In this document: one piece after another, positions 17,263 to 26,489 of the stretch
Layout: each line of letters begins with the position of its first letter
How positions within the stretch are numbered: position 1 is the first letter of the stretch
Source: Acidimicrobiia bacterium
GTDB taxonomy: Bacteria > Acidobacteriota > Vicinamibacteria > Vicinamibacterales > SCN-69-37
Direction: 5' to 3'
Assembly (NCBI GenBank): GCA_016871335.1
Contig: VFZF01000009.1
Coordinates: forward strand, 34,267-98,266
Length of the DNA: 64,000 nucleotides
Made by a program: the position numbers and the translations under genes
The notes under the pieces: model-generated
What the model was told of the DNA's origin: nothing
The model's input: the letters and a program-made list of their open reading frames with translations, nothing else
The model's database searches: none

Positions 17263-18543
17263 ATGCGACCCTCTTGGCGGGGGGTAATTGTGCGACAGGT
17301 GCTTATGGCGGGTGTGTGTGGCTGGCTGGCTGGGCTCATGATCAGCGTGACCCTGCTCGGGGCGCCGACTGAGCGAGCGACGTGGCCCCAGTGGCGCGGC
17401 CCGGCTCGCGACGGCACAGTAACGGGGCCGGCGTGGCCGGCGATCCTGAAGACGGCGGTGACTGCCCAGTGGTCTCTCGGACTGGGGCCGAGCTACTCCG
17501 GCCCCATCGTGTCGGCTGACCTTGTCTACGTCACGGAGACGAAGAACAAGTCCACGGAAGTGGTGCGCGCGCTTGACCGATCCACCGGGGCGGTTCGTTG
17601 GACGGTGGAGTGGCCTGGTGCGGTCAGTGTGCCGTTTTACGCGAAATCGCGTGGCGACTGGATTCGGGCGACCCCGGCGCTCGACAACGGCACCCTCTAC
17701 GTGGCCGGCATGCGTGATGTGCTGGTGGCGCTTGACGCCGCGACCGGGGCTGAGCGCTGGCGCGTGGACTTTGTTGAGAAGTTCAAGGCCACCGTGCCCG
17801 AGTTCGGATTCATCTCGTCGCCTCTGGTTGACCGTGGTGGTGTCTACGTACAGGCGGCCAACAGCGTCGTGAAGCTCGACGCCCGGACAGGGGCTGTGGT
17901 GTGGCGAACGCTCGAAGGTGGTGCGACGGTGTTTGAGAGTGGTGCGTTCTCGTCGCCGGTCGTGGCGACGCTGGCCGGAGTGCGACAGCTTGTCGTGCAG
18001 ACTCGGGAGACGCTCAACGGTGTGGATTTGTCGACGGGCCGGGTGCTCTGGTCCCAGCCGGTGCCGTCGTTTCGGGGCATGAACATCCTGACGCCGGTGG
18101 TGGTGGACGACGCGGTGTTCACGTCGAGCTACCAGAACGGCTCATGGCTCTATCGTGTGAGCCGCCAGGGCGCGACGTGGTCGGTGACCGAAGGCTGGGC
18201 GATGAACGCGCAGGGGTATATGTCCACGCCCGTGGTGATCGACGGGTATGCCTATCTGCATCTGGCCAACCAGCGTCTCGCGTGTATCGACCTGCGAACC
18301 GGCCAGCGGATGTGGACCACCACGCCATTCGGGAAATACTGGAGCCTCGTTGCCCAGCGGGATCGGCTGCTGGCGCTCGATGAGACCGGCCACCTGCGCC
18401 TGATTCGTGCGACACCGAAGGCCTTCGAACTTATTGACGAGACGGTCGTTGGTGAGGGGGAGGCATGGGCGCATCTCGCCGTGGCCGATGGCGACCTGTT
18501 CGTGCGCGACGGTGCCGGGATCAGCGCGTATCGCTGGCGCTGA
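17263..18543 (+). CDS. PQQ-like (BamB-like) beta-propeller repeat protein
   Basis: The 426-aa ORF has an N-terminal TM/signal segment. WPQWRGPARDG is followed by repeated ...A.D..TG...W propeller blades. Confidence 0.8.
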   Translation: MRPSWRGVIVRQVLMAGVCGWLAGLMISVTLLGAPTERATWPQWRGPARDGTVTGPAWPAILKTAVTAQWSLGLGPSYSGPIVSADLVYVTETKNKSTEVVRALDRSTGAVRWTVEWPGAVSVPFYAKSRGDWIRATPALDNGTLYVAGMRDVLVALDAATGAERWRVDFVEKFKATVPEFGFISSPLVDRGGVYVQAANSVVKLDARTGAVVWRTLEGGATVFESGAFSSPVVATLAGVRQLVVQTRETLNGVDLSTGRVLWSQPVPSFRGMNILTPVVVDDAVFTSSYQNGSWLYRVSRQGATWSVTEGWAMNAQGYMSTPVVIDGYAYLHLANQRLACIDLRTGQRMWTTTPFGKYWSLVAQRDRLLALDETGHLRLIRATPKAFELIDETVVGEGEAWAHLAVADGDLFVRDGAGISAYRWR

Positions 18544-18560
18544 CGAGTGCGGCCGGGCAC

Positions 18561-19250
18561 TCAGTCCGTGCGCTGTTTCAAGACGATGATGTGCTGCCAG
18601 GGCAGGACGTCGATGACGCGTTCAATGGTGAAACCGTCCGCATCCAGCTCCTGCCGGACCTGAGCGACGCTCATCTTGTGCAGTGGCTGGATCGGGACGG
18701 CCGGATCCTCGCCGCGGAACTCGATCAGCACCAGGCGGCCGTCAGGTTTGAGGGCTGTCCTGAGCTTCCGCACAAAGGCCTGCGGTGCGGCGAGTTCGTG
18801 GTAGACGTCGACCATCAGAATCATGTCGAACGTGCCTGCGGGCAGGTTCGGATCGTCCACCCCGCCCAGCACCAGTGAGACATTCGTCAGTTGCTCGCGC
18901 TCGAGTGTGCGGCGGATCAGGTCGAGCATGCCCGGCTGCACGTCGGTGGCGACCACGCGCCCGTCACGGCCCACCGCACGGCTCAGCCGCACGGTGTAAT
19001 ACCCGGACCCGGCGCCGACGTCGGCGACCACCATGCCTCGTCGAAGCCGCAGGGCCTCTACGGCACGCGTGGGCTGCTCTTCGGCCTCCCGTTCCGGCCG
19101 GTCCAGCCACGGCGCTCCCAGCACACTCATCGTCGGCGCAATGACGCGCCCGCTGACGGGGTGCCGCTCCTGTGCCGCCCACGCGCTCGCCACCGCCGCC
19201 ACAATGGCGACGCCCGCACCTGCCGCCCCGAGTCGCGTCATCATCTTCAT
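18561..19250 (-). CDS. class I SAM-dependent methyltransferase (secreted/anchored)
   Basis: ORF 18561..19391 was trimmed to Met at 19250 (MKMMTRLGAAGAGVAIVAAVASAWA). It has SAM motif I VVADVGAGSGYY and MILMVDVYHEL. Confidence 0.85.
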   Translation of the reverse strand: MKMMTRLGAAGAGVAIVAAVASAWAAQERHPVSGRVIAPTMSVLGAPWLDRPEREAEEQPTRAVEALRLRRGMVVADVGAGSGYYTVRLSRAVGRDGRVVATDVQPGMLDLIRRTLEREQLTNVSLVLGGVDDPNLPAGTFDMILMVDVYHELAAPQAFVRKLRTALKPDGRLVLIEFRGEDPAVPIQPLHKMSVAQVRQELDADGFTIERVIDVLPWQHIIVLKQRTD

Positions 19251-19339
19251 CGTGAAGAGCTTACGTGTCGAGCGGCGGAACGGATGCCTTCTCCCGCCTC
19301 GCCCGGGCGGCCGGCTGCAACGTCTTCCAGGTGGACGCC

Positions 19340-19775
19340 GATGGGGGATTCGGGAGGTGGTCAGGGACCAGACAGGATTCATCCACAGCATTCCGACTCA
19401 AGTGACGGCGACAAACGACTCCGGCGGCCAATCGATCTCCCTGGAGAACCTGCGTGGAGTGCGGGCACTGTGCGCCCGCGTCAAGAAGCCGGTGTCCCCG
19501 AATGCATCTCGCTTTGCTGAGGACACCTGGTTCATCAAGACGCGCGAAGCGGGGCAGAAGGACCGGCTGCCGAAAGCCATATGGATCTCGTGCGGCTCCC
19601 CATTCCACGTCGCGTCTACACGCAGTCACACATCGACTATGTGGCCGAAGTCGCCGCCGTCGCCGTCCGCCGCGACAGCCCTCGCGGCTACCGCATCGTG
19701 AGGGCGCCGGCGGCTCTGCGGCACTTTACGGCGCAGTTCGAACCACTCCCGGCCGGGGCGCCATCAACGCCATGA
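19340..19775 (+). pseudogene. remnant of a tryptophanase / tyrosine phenol-lyase (beta-eliminating lyase) gene
   Basis: A frame-1 piece (IPTQVTATNDSGGQSISLENL...ASRFAEDTWFIKTREAG) matches the conserved TnaA core. A frame-3 piece (LVRLPIPRRVYTQSHIDYVAEV...LRHFTAQFEP) matches the TnaA C-terminus. The N-terminal third and about 170 internal residues are missing. Confidence 0.6.
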
Positions 19776-20883
19776 TCTCCTGGCCGTACAGGGCCCGACG
19801 AGTGGCGCCGAAGTCTGCGATGCCGGCCAGGTCGTCGTGCGTGCGAGGGGGGCGTCTGGCGAGATCCCACAACGTGGTGCGCGGCAGGATGACGTCCGAT
19901 TCGACCCCACGCGCCTGCGCGCGTGTCTTGCGCCAGTGATGCAGCCGGTCATACCGATCCCGCACATCGTCGGGCTCGCGGTCGAGAACGGGTGGTGACG
20001 GAGGCACCGCGGCAAGACCATCCTGCACGGCGCGCAGCAGCGCGTGCCCGTGCCGATGCACCTGGCCTGGGGTCATTGCGACGATGCCCGTCAGGTCGTC
20101 GAGTGTCTGCGGCAAGCGCCGGGCGATGTCGAGCAGGGTCGGCTCGCCGATCACCTTGAAGGGCGGCTGATTGGTGCGGGCCGATTCACTGTCGCGGTAT
20201 GTGAAGACGGCGCTGAGCACTGCGGCCTGCCGGGGCGGGAGATCGCGGGCGCCTTTCACGCGCCAGAATGCCTGTGGATCCAGTGTCTGATTCACGACGG
20301 AAGGCTGCGTCCTGGCCAGGCGCTCGAAATCCTCCTGCGCTTCCGCTCGCAGGCCGCGTTCGTTCAGTGCCGTGTCCAGCCGATTCCGCAACGCCGGCAG
20401 GTAGTGCGTATCCAGTCGCGCGTAGTCGAGCATGTCGGTCTGCAGCGGGCGGCGTCCCCAGTCGGCCCGTTGATGGGTCTTGCTGAGCGTGACACCGAAT
20501 TCGGCTTTGAGCACGGCGGCCAGGCCGACCTGCGGCCAGCCCAGGCTGCGCGCGGCCGACATCGTGTCAAAGATGTTCGTGAACGTGAACCGGAAGTCCC
20601 GCCCCAATCCCAGCACGTCACCTTCGGCCGCGTGAAAGATCTTCTCGTGAGCCGGACTCGCAAAAAATGGCACGAGCGCACTGAGGTCCTGCAGGGCGAT
20701 CGGGTCGACGATGTAGTCGGTGGTGGGCGTGGAGAACTGAATCAGACACACCCGCTCGCGATACGCGTGCAGGCTGTTGGATTCGGTGTCCACGGCCACA
20801 GTCGGGCTGGACGTGAGGTCGGAGACCAGCTGCGACAAAGCGGCCGCGTCCGCGACAAGAACCGGTGCGGGGAGCGATGACAT
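19726..20883 (-). CDS. rnd: ribonuclease D
   Basis: The 385-aa ORF has the 3'-5' exonuclease motif VAVDTESNSLHAYRERVCLIQFST followed by an HRDC region. Confidence 0.85.
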   Translation of the reverse strand: MSSLPAPVLVADAAALSQLVSDLTSSPTVAVDTESNSLHAYRERVCLIQFSTPTTDYIVDPIALQDLSALVPFFASPAHEKIFHAAEGDVLGLGRDFRFTFTNIFDTMSAARSLGWPQVGLAAVLKAEFGVTLSKTHQRADWGRRPLQTDMLDYARLDTHYLPALRNRLDTALNERGLRAEAQEDFERLARTQPSVVNQTLDPQAFWRVKGARDLPPRQAAVLSAVFTYRDSESARTNQPPFKVIGEPTLLDIARRLPQTLDDLTGIVAMTPGQVHRHGHALLRAVQDGLAAVPPSPPVLDREPDDVRDRYDRLHHWRKTRAQARGVESDVILPRTTLWDLARRPPRTHDDLAGIADFGATRRALYGQEIMALMAPRPGVVRTAP

Positions 20884-20884
20884 T

Positions 20885-20914
20885 GCGGACTAGCGGACCG
20901 CGGACAGCGGACGA
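20885..20914. repeat. 4 x 7-8-nt GCGGACN tandem array
   Basis: gcggacta/gcggacc/gcggaca/gcggacga. It spans the stop of the M28 peptidase gene, encodes its last residues (RPLSAVR) and reaches the 6-nt spacer before the rnd start. Confidence 0.75.
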
Positions 20915-22377
20915 GGCACCCGTTCGTTCATCATCGCCGCCTGCCACGCAAAGGTCGCCATCACCACGGCCTGCTGTTTGAGTTCGTCCTCGCTCATGCG
21001 CTCCGGAAAATCAGCATTGGTGTGGCGGGTGCGGACGTCGTAGGCGTCAAAATCCTTGATGGCGTTGAACGCCGGCATCCCCATCTGCACAAACGGAACA
21101 TGGTCGGTTGACCCGATTCCCTCCATGACGTTCATCGTCATGCCAAGGTCTTTCAGGGGCGCCAGCCAGCGGTCGAAGAACATTTTCGCCGCCTCGTTCT
21201 GCTCCATGTAGAACCCGAGAGTGCGTCCGCTTCCTGGGTCGTCGTTCAGATACACCTGGAGCTTCGCCTGGGCCTCGGGCGTGGCGAGGTGTTGCGCAAT
21301 GTAGGCGCGTGCACCCAGCAGGCCCTGTTCTTCGCCGCTCCAGAGCGCGACCCGAATTGTCCGGCGAGGCGCTGCACCGATCGCCCGGAGGATCCGCACC
21401 GCCTCCATGACGGCGGCCACGCCATCGGCGTTGTCGGTGGCGCCGTTGGACGTGTGCCAGGAATCGAGGTGTGCGCCGATGAGCACGTATTCGTCGCGCA
21501 CGGCCGGGTCGATGCCGGGGATGTCCGCGATCACGTTGTAGCTGTTGCGGTCGGTATCGTGATGGCGTGTGCGGGATTCAATCGTCATCGAGACGGGCTG
21601 ACCGGCTGCCGCGAGGCGCGCCATCATGTTGTACTGCTCGGTGCCGACGACGATCGTGGGCACCGCATCGCGAGGGGTGTTCCGGTTGCCGAGCACACCG
21701 ATCGTGCCGTCGGTGTAGGCGCTCGGCCGAATCGCCACACCGGCACCGAATTGCCGCAGCAGCGAGGCCAGTGTGGCGGCGGGAATCGATGGGCGTGCCT
21801 GCGGCAGGGACGGGTTACCGGTGGCAATCGGTGCGTCGGTGAGCCCCGGCTGAGGCCGGTCGCGTGTGATGAAGGTGGTGACGTGCGGATGGGTGAGGAC
21901 GATGGCCCCCCTGAGCGCCTCGCCCATGGCCGTGACTTGGGCCGACGTCTTGTCGCCGAGGTAGACCACGCGGCCGCTGAGCGCGCCGGCCGTCGAGGGC
22001 GTCCAGGCTTCGGGATACGCGATGAGCGGGAAGTATCGCGGCTCGGTCATCGCCGCGGACACATGGAGTAGCTCCCATCCGGCCCCGAATTCGAAGGGTT
22101 CGAGCCGCGCATCCGCCAGGCCCCATTCCGCGAATCGTTCACGGGCCCAGTGTGCGGACCGGACATGAGAGGGCGCTCCTGTCAGACGTCCACCGAAGCC
22201 GTCGGTCAGTGAGAGAAACAGCGACTGGGCCGTCGACCGCTCCAGGCCTTCGGCGCGAATTCGCACCAACGTGGCATCAGCGCTGCTCTGCTGGGCAATG
22301 ACGGCAAGAGGTGCGAGGGCCAGGCCTGCGACAATGATCAACCGAATGCAGAGTGGAAGTGGGACTCGTTTTGCCAT
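20890..22377 (-). CDS. M28-family metallopeptidase (aminopeptidase) with PA-like insert
   Basis: ORF 20890..22434. The likely start is Met at 22377 (MAKRVPLPLCIRLIIVAGLALAPLAVIAQQ), but the start is uncertain. It has the motifs GAHLDSWHTSNGATDNADG and WSGEEQGLLGA. Confidence 0.85.
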   Translation of the reverse strand: MAKRVPLPLCIRLIIVAGLALAPLAVIAQQSSADATLVRIRAEGLERSTAQSLFLSLTDGFGGRLTGAPSHVRSAHWARERFAEWGLADARLEPFEFGAGWELLHVSAAMTEPRYFPLIAYPEAWTPSTAGALSGRVVYLGDKTSAQVTAMGEALRGAIVLTHPHVTTFITRDRPQPGLTDAPIATGNPSLPQARPSIPAATLASLLRQFGAGVAIRPSAYTDGTIGVLGNRNTPRDAVPTIVVGTEQYNMMARLAAAGQPVSMTIESRTRHHDTDRNSYNVIADIPGIDPAVRDEYVLIGAHLDSWHTSNGATDNADGVAAVMEAVRILRAIGAAPRRTIRVALWSGEEQGLLGARAYIAQHLATPEAQAKLQVYLNDDPGSGRTLGFYMEQNEAAKMFFDRWLAPLKDLGMTMNVMEGIGSTDHVPFVQMGMPAFNAIKDFDAYDVRTRHTNADFPERMSEDELKQQAVVMATFAWQAAMMNERVPRPLSAVR

Positions 22378-22506
22378 AGGGGAGATAGTAGCGGCATTCG
22401 TGGGAAATTCCCCCATCGCGCGTCTGTGTTCCACACGGACTCGAACGAGGGAACATGCGTGTATTGCCGTGTCCGTCCCTCTGGCGCCATCTGACGAGGC
22501 TCCGAA

Positions 22507-22701
22507 CTACTTTGGCTTCAGGATGCACACGGCGTACGGCCGTGTGGTGTCGTTGAGCATCGTGAGCAGTGTGGCGTGGTCGGGCGACGACGCGACTTCG
22601 ACAACGGTGGTGTCGAAGTGCCGCGCATCCCTCGCGAGGAGGGCGAAGTCGGCCCACGACTTGACGGGGGTGGATTTGCCTGGGGGCAACGGATTCTTCA
22701 T
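22507..22701 (-). CDS. hypothetical small protein (64 aa)
   Basis: The ORF has coding-like third-position GC bias. Its ATG overlaps the stop of the upstream 68-aa ORF (ATGA). I recognise no family. Confidence 0.45.
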   Translation of the reverse strand: MKNPLPPGKSTPVKSWADFALLARDARHFDTTVVEVASSPDHATLLTMLNDTTRPYAVCILKPK

Positions 22702-22904
22702 GGGGTGTGCCGCGAGCTGAGAGCCGTCACTTCGTTCAGCACCTCGGACAGGACAGGTTCGATTCTTCCGAGGCGCCCATCCATCGTGTCGAGTCGGTCG
22801 TGCAGTTTGTCGCAGCAGAACGTCGTGTAGTCGCGCCGGTCAAGTAAGGCCTTCGTGGCCTCATCGCACTGCTCGCCTATTGAACGTGTCTGCTGCTCAG
22901 CCAT
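22698..22904 (-). CDS. hypothetical small protein (68 aa, helical/coiled-coil-like)
   Basis: ORF MAEQQTRSIGEQCDEATKALLDRRDY... sits in a locally lower-GC stretch and is coupled by a 4-nt overlap to the next ORF. I recognise no family. Confidence 0.45.
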   Translation of the reverse strand: MAEQQTRSIGEQCDEATKALLDRRDYTTFCCDKLHDRLDTMDGRLGRIEPVLSEVLNEVTALSSRHTP

Positions 22905-22977
22905 CGACGATGTTCTGGAAACCGGAGTTCAGCATCGTCGACCCTGGCCCCTGGACTTCCGGACCGCCGAGCGTTGC

Positions 22978-23640
22978 CTATCTGACTCCCGCGTCGCTCA
23001 CGACCCAGCCGTCGTCTGATCGGCGGAGGCGTGCGGTGGCTTCCTGGGGCTTTGCTGGCGTGTAGCCGACCAGCTCGGCCATCTCTGTCGGCGTCCACTG
23101 CCAGGTATAGTTCACAGCCACCAAGCCGCCGCGCTCGGACCGGATGTCGGTCACGTCCACCACTTCACGCGTCGCGATGTCGATGGGCATGTCGAACTGG
23201 ATGCCCGCGGCCGTGCCCTTCGGCGTCAGCGTGGTGCGCACCATGGCCAGGCGCACCTGGCCACTCATGTAGCCGCTCTGCCTGGACTGTGCGTGCACCG
23301 CATCACACGACGGATCCGGCGATCGCCCGGCTGGATTAAACGGAAACTCCTTGAGCTCGACGCGGACGACGCCGGCAATCGCCGCGTCAAACAGCGGCGC
23401 CTTGTCTTTTACGTTCTGCAACATCTCCACGAAGTCCACCTGACCAAGGTTTGCGAAGGAAAAGTCGGGATTCGTCGTCATGCAGTACGTCGCCGCCGGC
23501 AGCGTGCTGGTGCGCGTCGACTCAATCGCCGTCGACACCGCTGTGGCCGCTTCCTGGTTCGTCGGGACGCTCGCGCCGCAGCCAGCCACAAGCAGCAACG
23601 TTGCCGTGAGCGCAAAGAAGGATGAGTGTCGTCGTGGCAT
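22978..23640 (-). CDS. lipoprotein of unknown function (220 aa)
   Basis: ORF 22978..23892 was trimmed to Met at 23640, which is preceded by AAGGGAG. It has the lipobox LLLVAGCG. I recognise no family. Confidence 0.65.
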   Translation of the reverse strand: MPRRHSSFFALTATLLLVAGCGASVPTNQEAATAVSTAIESTRTSTLPAATYCMTTNPDFSFANLGQVDFVEMLQNVKDKAPLFDAAIAGVVRVELKEFPFNPAGRSPDPSCDAVHAQSRQSGYMSGQVRLAMVRTTLTPKGTAAGIQFDMPIDIATREVVDVTDIRSERGGLVAVNYTWQWTPTEMAELVGYTPAKPQEATARLRRSDDGWVVSDAGVR

Positions 23641-23695
23641 GGGCGTCTCCCTTGGTCGGGGGCAATTGTAGTTCGCACACAAAAGAAAAGAGCCC

Positions 23696-23837
23696 TTCAT
23701 GTTCCCGCACCCGCCTTCGACTACGCTCGGGCCGCCCCGAGGGCTTCTCCGTCCACGTCTTCCTCGACGATCACGAGCGGACGACCGCTGCGCGTTCCCG
23801 GCTCGAGAAGGAGGGAGGCGGTCGTTCATCGACGAGA
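23696..23837 (-). pseudogene. groEL-derived fragment, copy 1
   Basis: 23743-23837 aligns by eye (roughly four-fifths identity) to functional groEL 28399-28492 in the same orientation. It is preceded by the 29-nt junction repeat (23713-23741) and a weak groEL-tail-like stretch. Confidence 0.6.
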
Positions 23838-24008
23838 GGTTTGCACGCACGGTGCCTTGTGCGGCCGTCAGCGCCGCGCTGCCATCTGGCATCTGGGGTT
23901 ATCGCCGAGAGCTCAGTTCCCGGGCGAAAAGGAAAATAAACGGCCAGCGGAGACGTGACATCGGGACGATCGGGACCACCGGTTCGGATAAGGTGCAGCT
24001 GCGAAGGG

Positions 24009-25499
24009 TCATCGCCCCGAGATGCCCACCAGTTGTGACCCGTTCTTGCCCGGTGTGGCGGCGCCGCCCGGTTTGAACGTCTTTCCCTTTGGCTCATCGG
24101 GGTCGCAGCCGCCTGCCAGGCGGCAGGCGATGTAGGCCGCGGCTCGCGCCAGCCTTGTGAAGTGGTTGTCGAGCCACTTGGCTTTCGCATCGGCACTCGA
24201 ACCGAGTGCGGCCTTGACGCCCTTCTGGTAGTGCCCGGTGTCGGAGAGATTGTCGACGTCCTTCTGCGAGGGCGCCTTGTATTTGTCCATCTGCCGCTTG
24301 GCATCCTTGTAGCGCGATGCGGCATCAGCGTAGCGTGACGACGAGCCGCGGGCCTGGGCGCGCGGCGCCGCCGAGGGCCCGCTGGCGCCGGTGGCCACGT
24401 CGGCGTCACGCGCAGCCATGTCCTCGACCTCCCCGTTGCCCGTCATGCGCCCCGCAAACGTCCAGCCCTCACGCTCAATCGTGAACGACTCGTCACGCCC
24501 GTCAACGCGCAGCCGTGCCGTGACGCGGCGGAAGGGGTAGCCCCGCAGGTCGGGTTCCCCGGGGATGACCAACGGTGCCACCTGATCGTCGTATTCGACC
24601 TCCGTGGCAAAGCCGTCGGCACCACGAAGGCTGGTGATGCGTCCCCGGTCGTCTCTCACCACGTCCGTGGCCTCGGGCAGCACGATGTCTACGCGGGTCC
24701 TCGCATAGCCCTCCGGGTGGAGGCGCAGCAGGTAGCTCCCGCTCATCGACCAGCGTCCGGCCGGAATGTCGCGGTCGTTCGGGGTGGGATCAGGCTCGCG
24801 GTCGGGCACCGCGGCGGCTGCCTGCTCGGCATAGCTGGCTCCCGTGGCCAACAGGTCGCGCAGGCGTGCCTCGGTCTCGAGCAGCGTCTGCAGCGGCTGA
24901 GGCAGCCGGGGCAGTACACGGTCGCGCACGGCCTGCGAGGCGCGTTCCTTCACGTTCGCCTCGATCGTGGCGATGTCTTGTGCCGTAAGAAGGACGTCAG
25001 CCGCGCGCCGCGGCCCGGGCGGCAGGCTCGAATACCGCGCGTGCGCGAGCACGGCCCAAATCAGGGACTGGATGTCCTCCTGGGGGATCTGCGGGGTGGT
25101 CGACGCCCGTTCAAGCAGGCGGGTCACGATGGCGGCATGCGTGCCGGTGAGCGCCGGCGAGTAGAGATAGCCGTCGCCGACGCGCGGTCCCGGCTTCCCG
25201 GCATACAGGCAGTAGGTTTCGAGCGTGGCCGACCAGGCACCCGGGGGGACCGCAAACCCTCCCTCCGCATCGCGCGGCAGCGAGCGCAGATCGCCGAAGC
25301 CCCACGGCTCGGGCTCATCAGCTTCGGGGTCGTCGTCCAGCGCCGGCACATCACGGGCGACTGTGGCAGTGCCATTCGTCAGGCCAGGCGTAGTCGAGAA
25401 CCATCGGCCGAGCAGATCCTGTGCGTGCGTGAGCGAGGCCAGGCTCATCACGATGGCCACGAGGAGGGGCAGCAAACCACCTGAGCGGGACGCCAGCAT
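24009..25499 (-). CDS. secreted protein of unknown function (496 aa)
   Basis: ORF 24009..25604 was trimmed to Met at 25499 (MLASRSGGLLPLLVAIVMSLASLTHAQ). It has an acidic stretch DDDPEADEPEPW and a Lys-rich C-terminal about 130 aa. I recognise no family. Confidence 0.7.
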   Translation of the reverse strand: MLASRSGGLLPLLVAIVMSLASLTHAQDLLGRWFSTTPGLTNGTATVARDVPALDDDPEADEPEPWGFGDLRSLPRDAEGGFAVPPGAWSATLETYCLYAGKPGPRVGDGYLYSPALTGTHAAIVTRLLERASTTPQIPQEDIQSLIWAVLAHARYSSLPPGPRRAADVLLTAQDIATIEANVKERASQAVRDRVLPRLPQPLQTLLETEARLRDLLATGASYAEQAAAAVPDREPDPTPNDRDIPAGRWSMSGSYLLRLHPEGYARTRVDIVLPEATDVVRDDRGRITSLRGADGFATEVEYDDQVAPLVIPGEPDLRGYPFRRVTARLRVDGRDESFTIEREGWTFAGRMTGNGEVEDMAARDADVATGASGPSAAPRAQARGSSSRYADAASRYKDAKRQMDKYKAPSQKDVDNLSDTGHYQKGVKAALGSSADAKAKWLDNHFTRLARAAAYIACRLAGGCDPDEPKGKTFKPGGAATPGKNGSQLVGISGR

Positions 25500-25610
25500 G
25501 GCTGAAATCCTACCAAACCAGAGCCCCCGGAGGTGCGGCCTGGGGGCGAGACCGGAGTGCTGCGGTCTTTTCTTGATGCGTGTCTGAAGACGGCGCTGAA
25601 TCAACAGGCG

Positions 25611-26489
25611 CTACTTCCTGATCAGTTCCACGCGACGGTTGCGGGCGCGACCCTCGTCAGTCGAGTTGTCAGCCACGGGTTGCGTGCCCCCGAATCCTGA
25701 CGTGGTCAGCCGTCCGTCGTCGATGCCGGCCTGCACGAGCGCCGCTTTCACCGCGGCGGCGCGTTCCCGGGATAGTGCCAGGTTCGCGGCGGCCGCTCCG
25801 ACGTTGTCTGTGTGTCCCTGAATCTCGATGACGAGGGCGGCATCGGCTTTCAGTGCGTCAGCAATCAGCGTCAGGGTGGCGGCTGACGCCGGCTGGATTG
25901 TGGACTTCCCGGTGTCAAACAGAATGTCGCGAATCGCCACGCTGCCGGTGCTTCGAATCGCTGCCGCCAGTGACTCCGCGGTGAAGACGACGTCCTGGGC
26001 CATGGTTGATTCCTGAACGATTTCGAGCGTATACATCTCGCCGCCGTTGCTGACGCGCACCTCGAGCCAGATGGTGCCGGCGCCCTGCACAGGCAGGCGT
26101 GCGATTGTTGTGCCGCCGCTGGGATCGAGGGCCTCGAGCAGCAACGCCCCACCCCGCTGGCGAATGAGATTGGTGTAGTTGCGTCCGATCTGCAGCGGGC
26201 CGGGCTTGCGGACGCCTTCGTTGAGCACGTATTGGATGCTCCAGTAGTGACCCTCCACCTTCCGCTCCGGGTCAAGGCTGAAATCGAAGGACGAGAATTC
26301 CTGCTCGTCGTAGTTGTTGATATAGAAACCAGGCATCCGTGAAAACACTGGATGGTCCTTGGAGCCTTCGGCATCGGCTTCCTGGGCATCAACCGGACCG
26401 GCCAGCGCTACCAAGAACCCGATGGCGATCGGGATGCTCAACCACAGGCGTGGAGTGGCACGCGGGGCAGACGATGTAAAGACAGGCAT
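25611..26489 (-). CDS. OmpA-family protein with DUF4892-like N-terminal domain
   Basis: ORF 25611..26630 was trimmed to Met at 26489 (signal peptide ...ALAGPVDAQ). The C-terminal OmpA_C motifs are FDTGKSTI, GHTDNVG, LSRERAAAV and NRRVEL. The N-terminal domain assignment is from memory. Confidence 0.85.
   Translation of the reverse strand: MPVFTSSAPRATPRLWLSIPIAIGFLVALAGPVDAQEADAEGSKDHPVFSRMPGFYINNYDEQEFSSFDFSLDPERKVEGHYWSIQYVLNEGVRKPGPLQIGRNYTNLIRQRGGALLLEALDPSGGTTIARLPVQGAGTIWLEVRVSNGGEMYTLEIVQESTMAQDVVFTAESLAAAIRSTGSVAIRDILFDTGKSTIQPASAATLTLIADALKADAALVIEIQGHTDNVGAAAANLALSRERAAAVKAALVQAGIDDGRLTTSGFGGTQPVADNSTDEGRARNRRVELIRK

Noticed and set aside
17196-17417. 73-aa minus-strand ORF crossing the AT-rich island
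   Set aside because: It is mostly antisense to the 5' end of the beta-propeller gene. It has no start context or recognisable features and owes its openness to the AT-rich stretch.
22750-22775. tRNA-like T-loop sequence (ggttcgattc)
   Set aside because: The flanking bases do not form a T-stem and no acceptor or anticodon arms can be drawn. It lies inside the 68-aa ORF.
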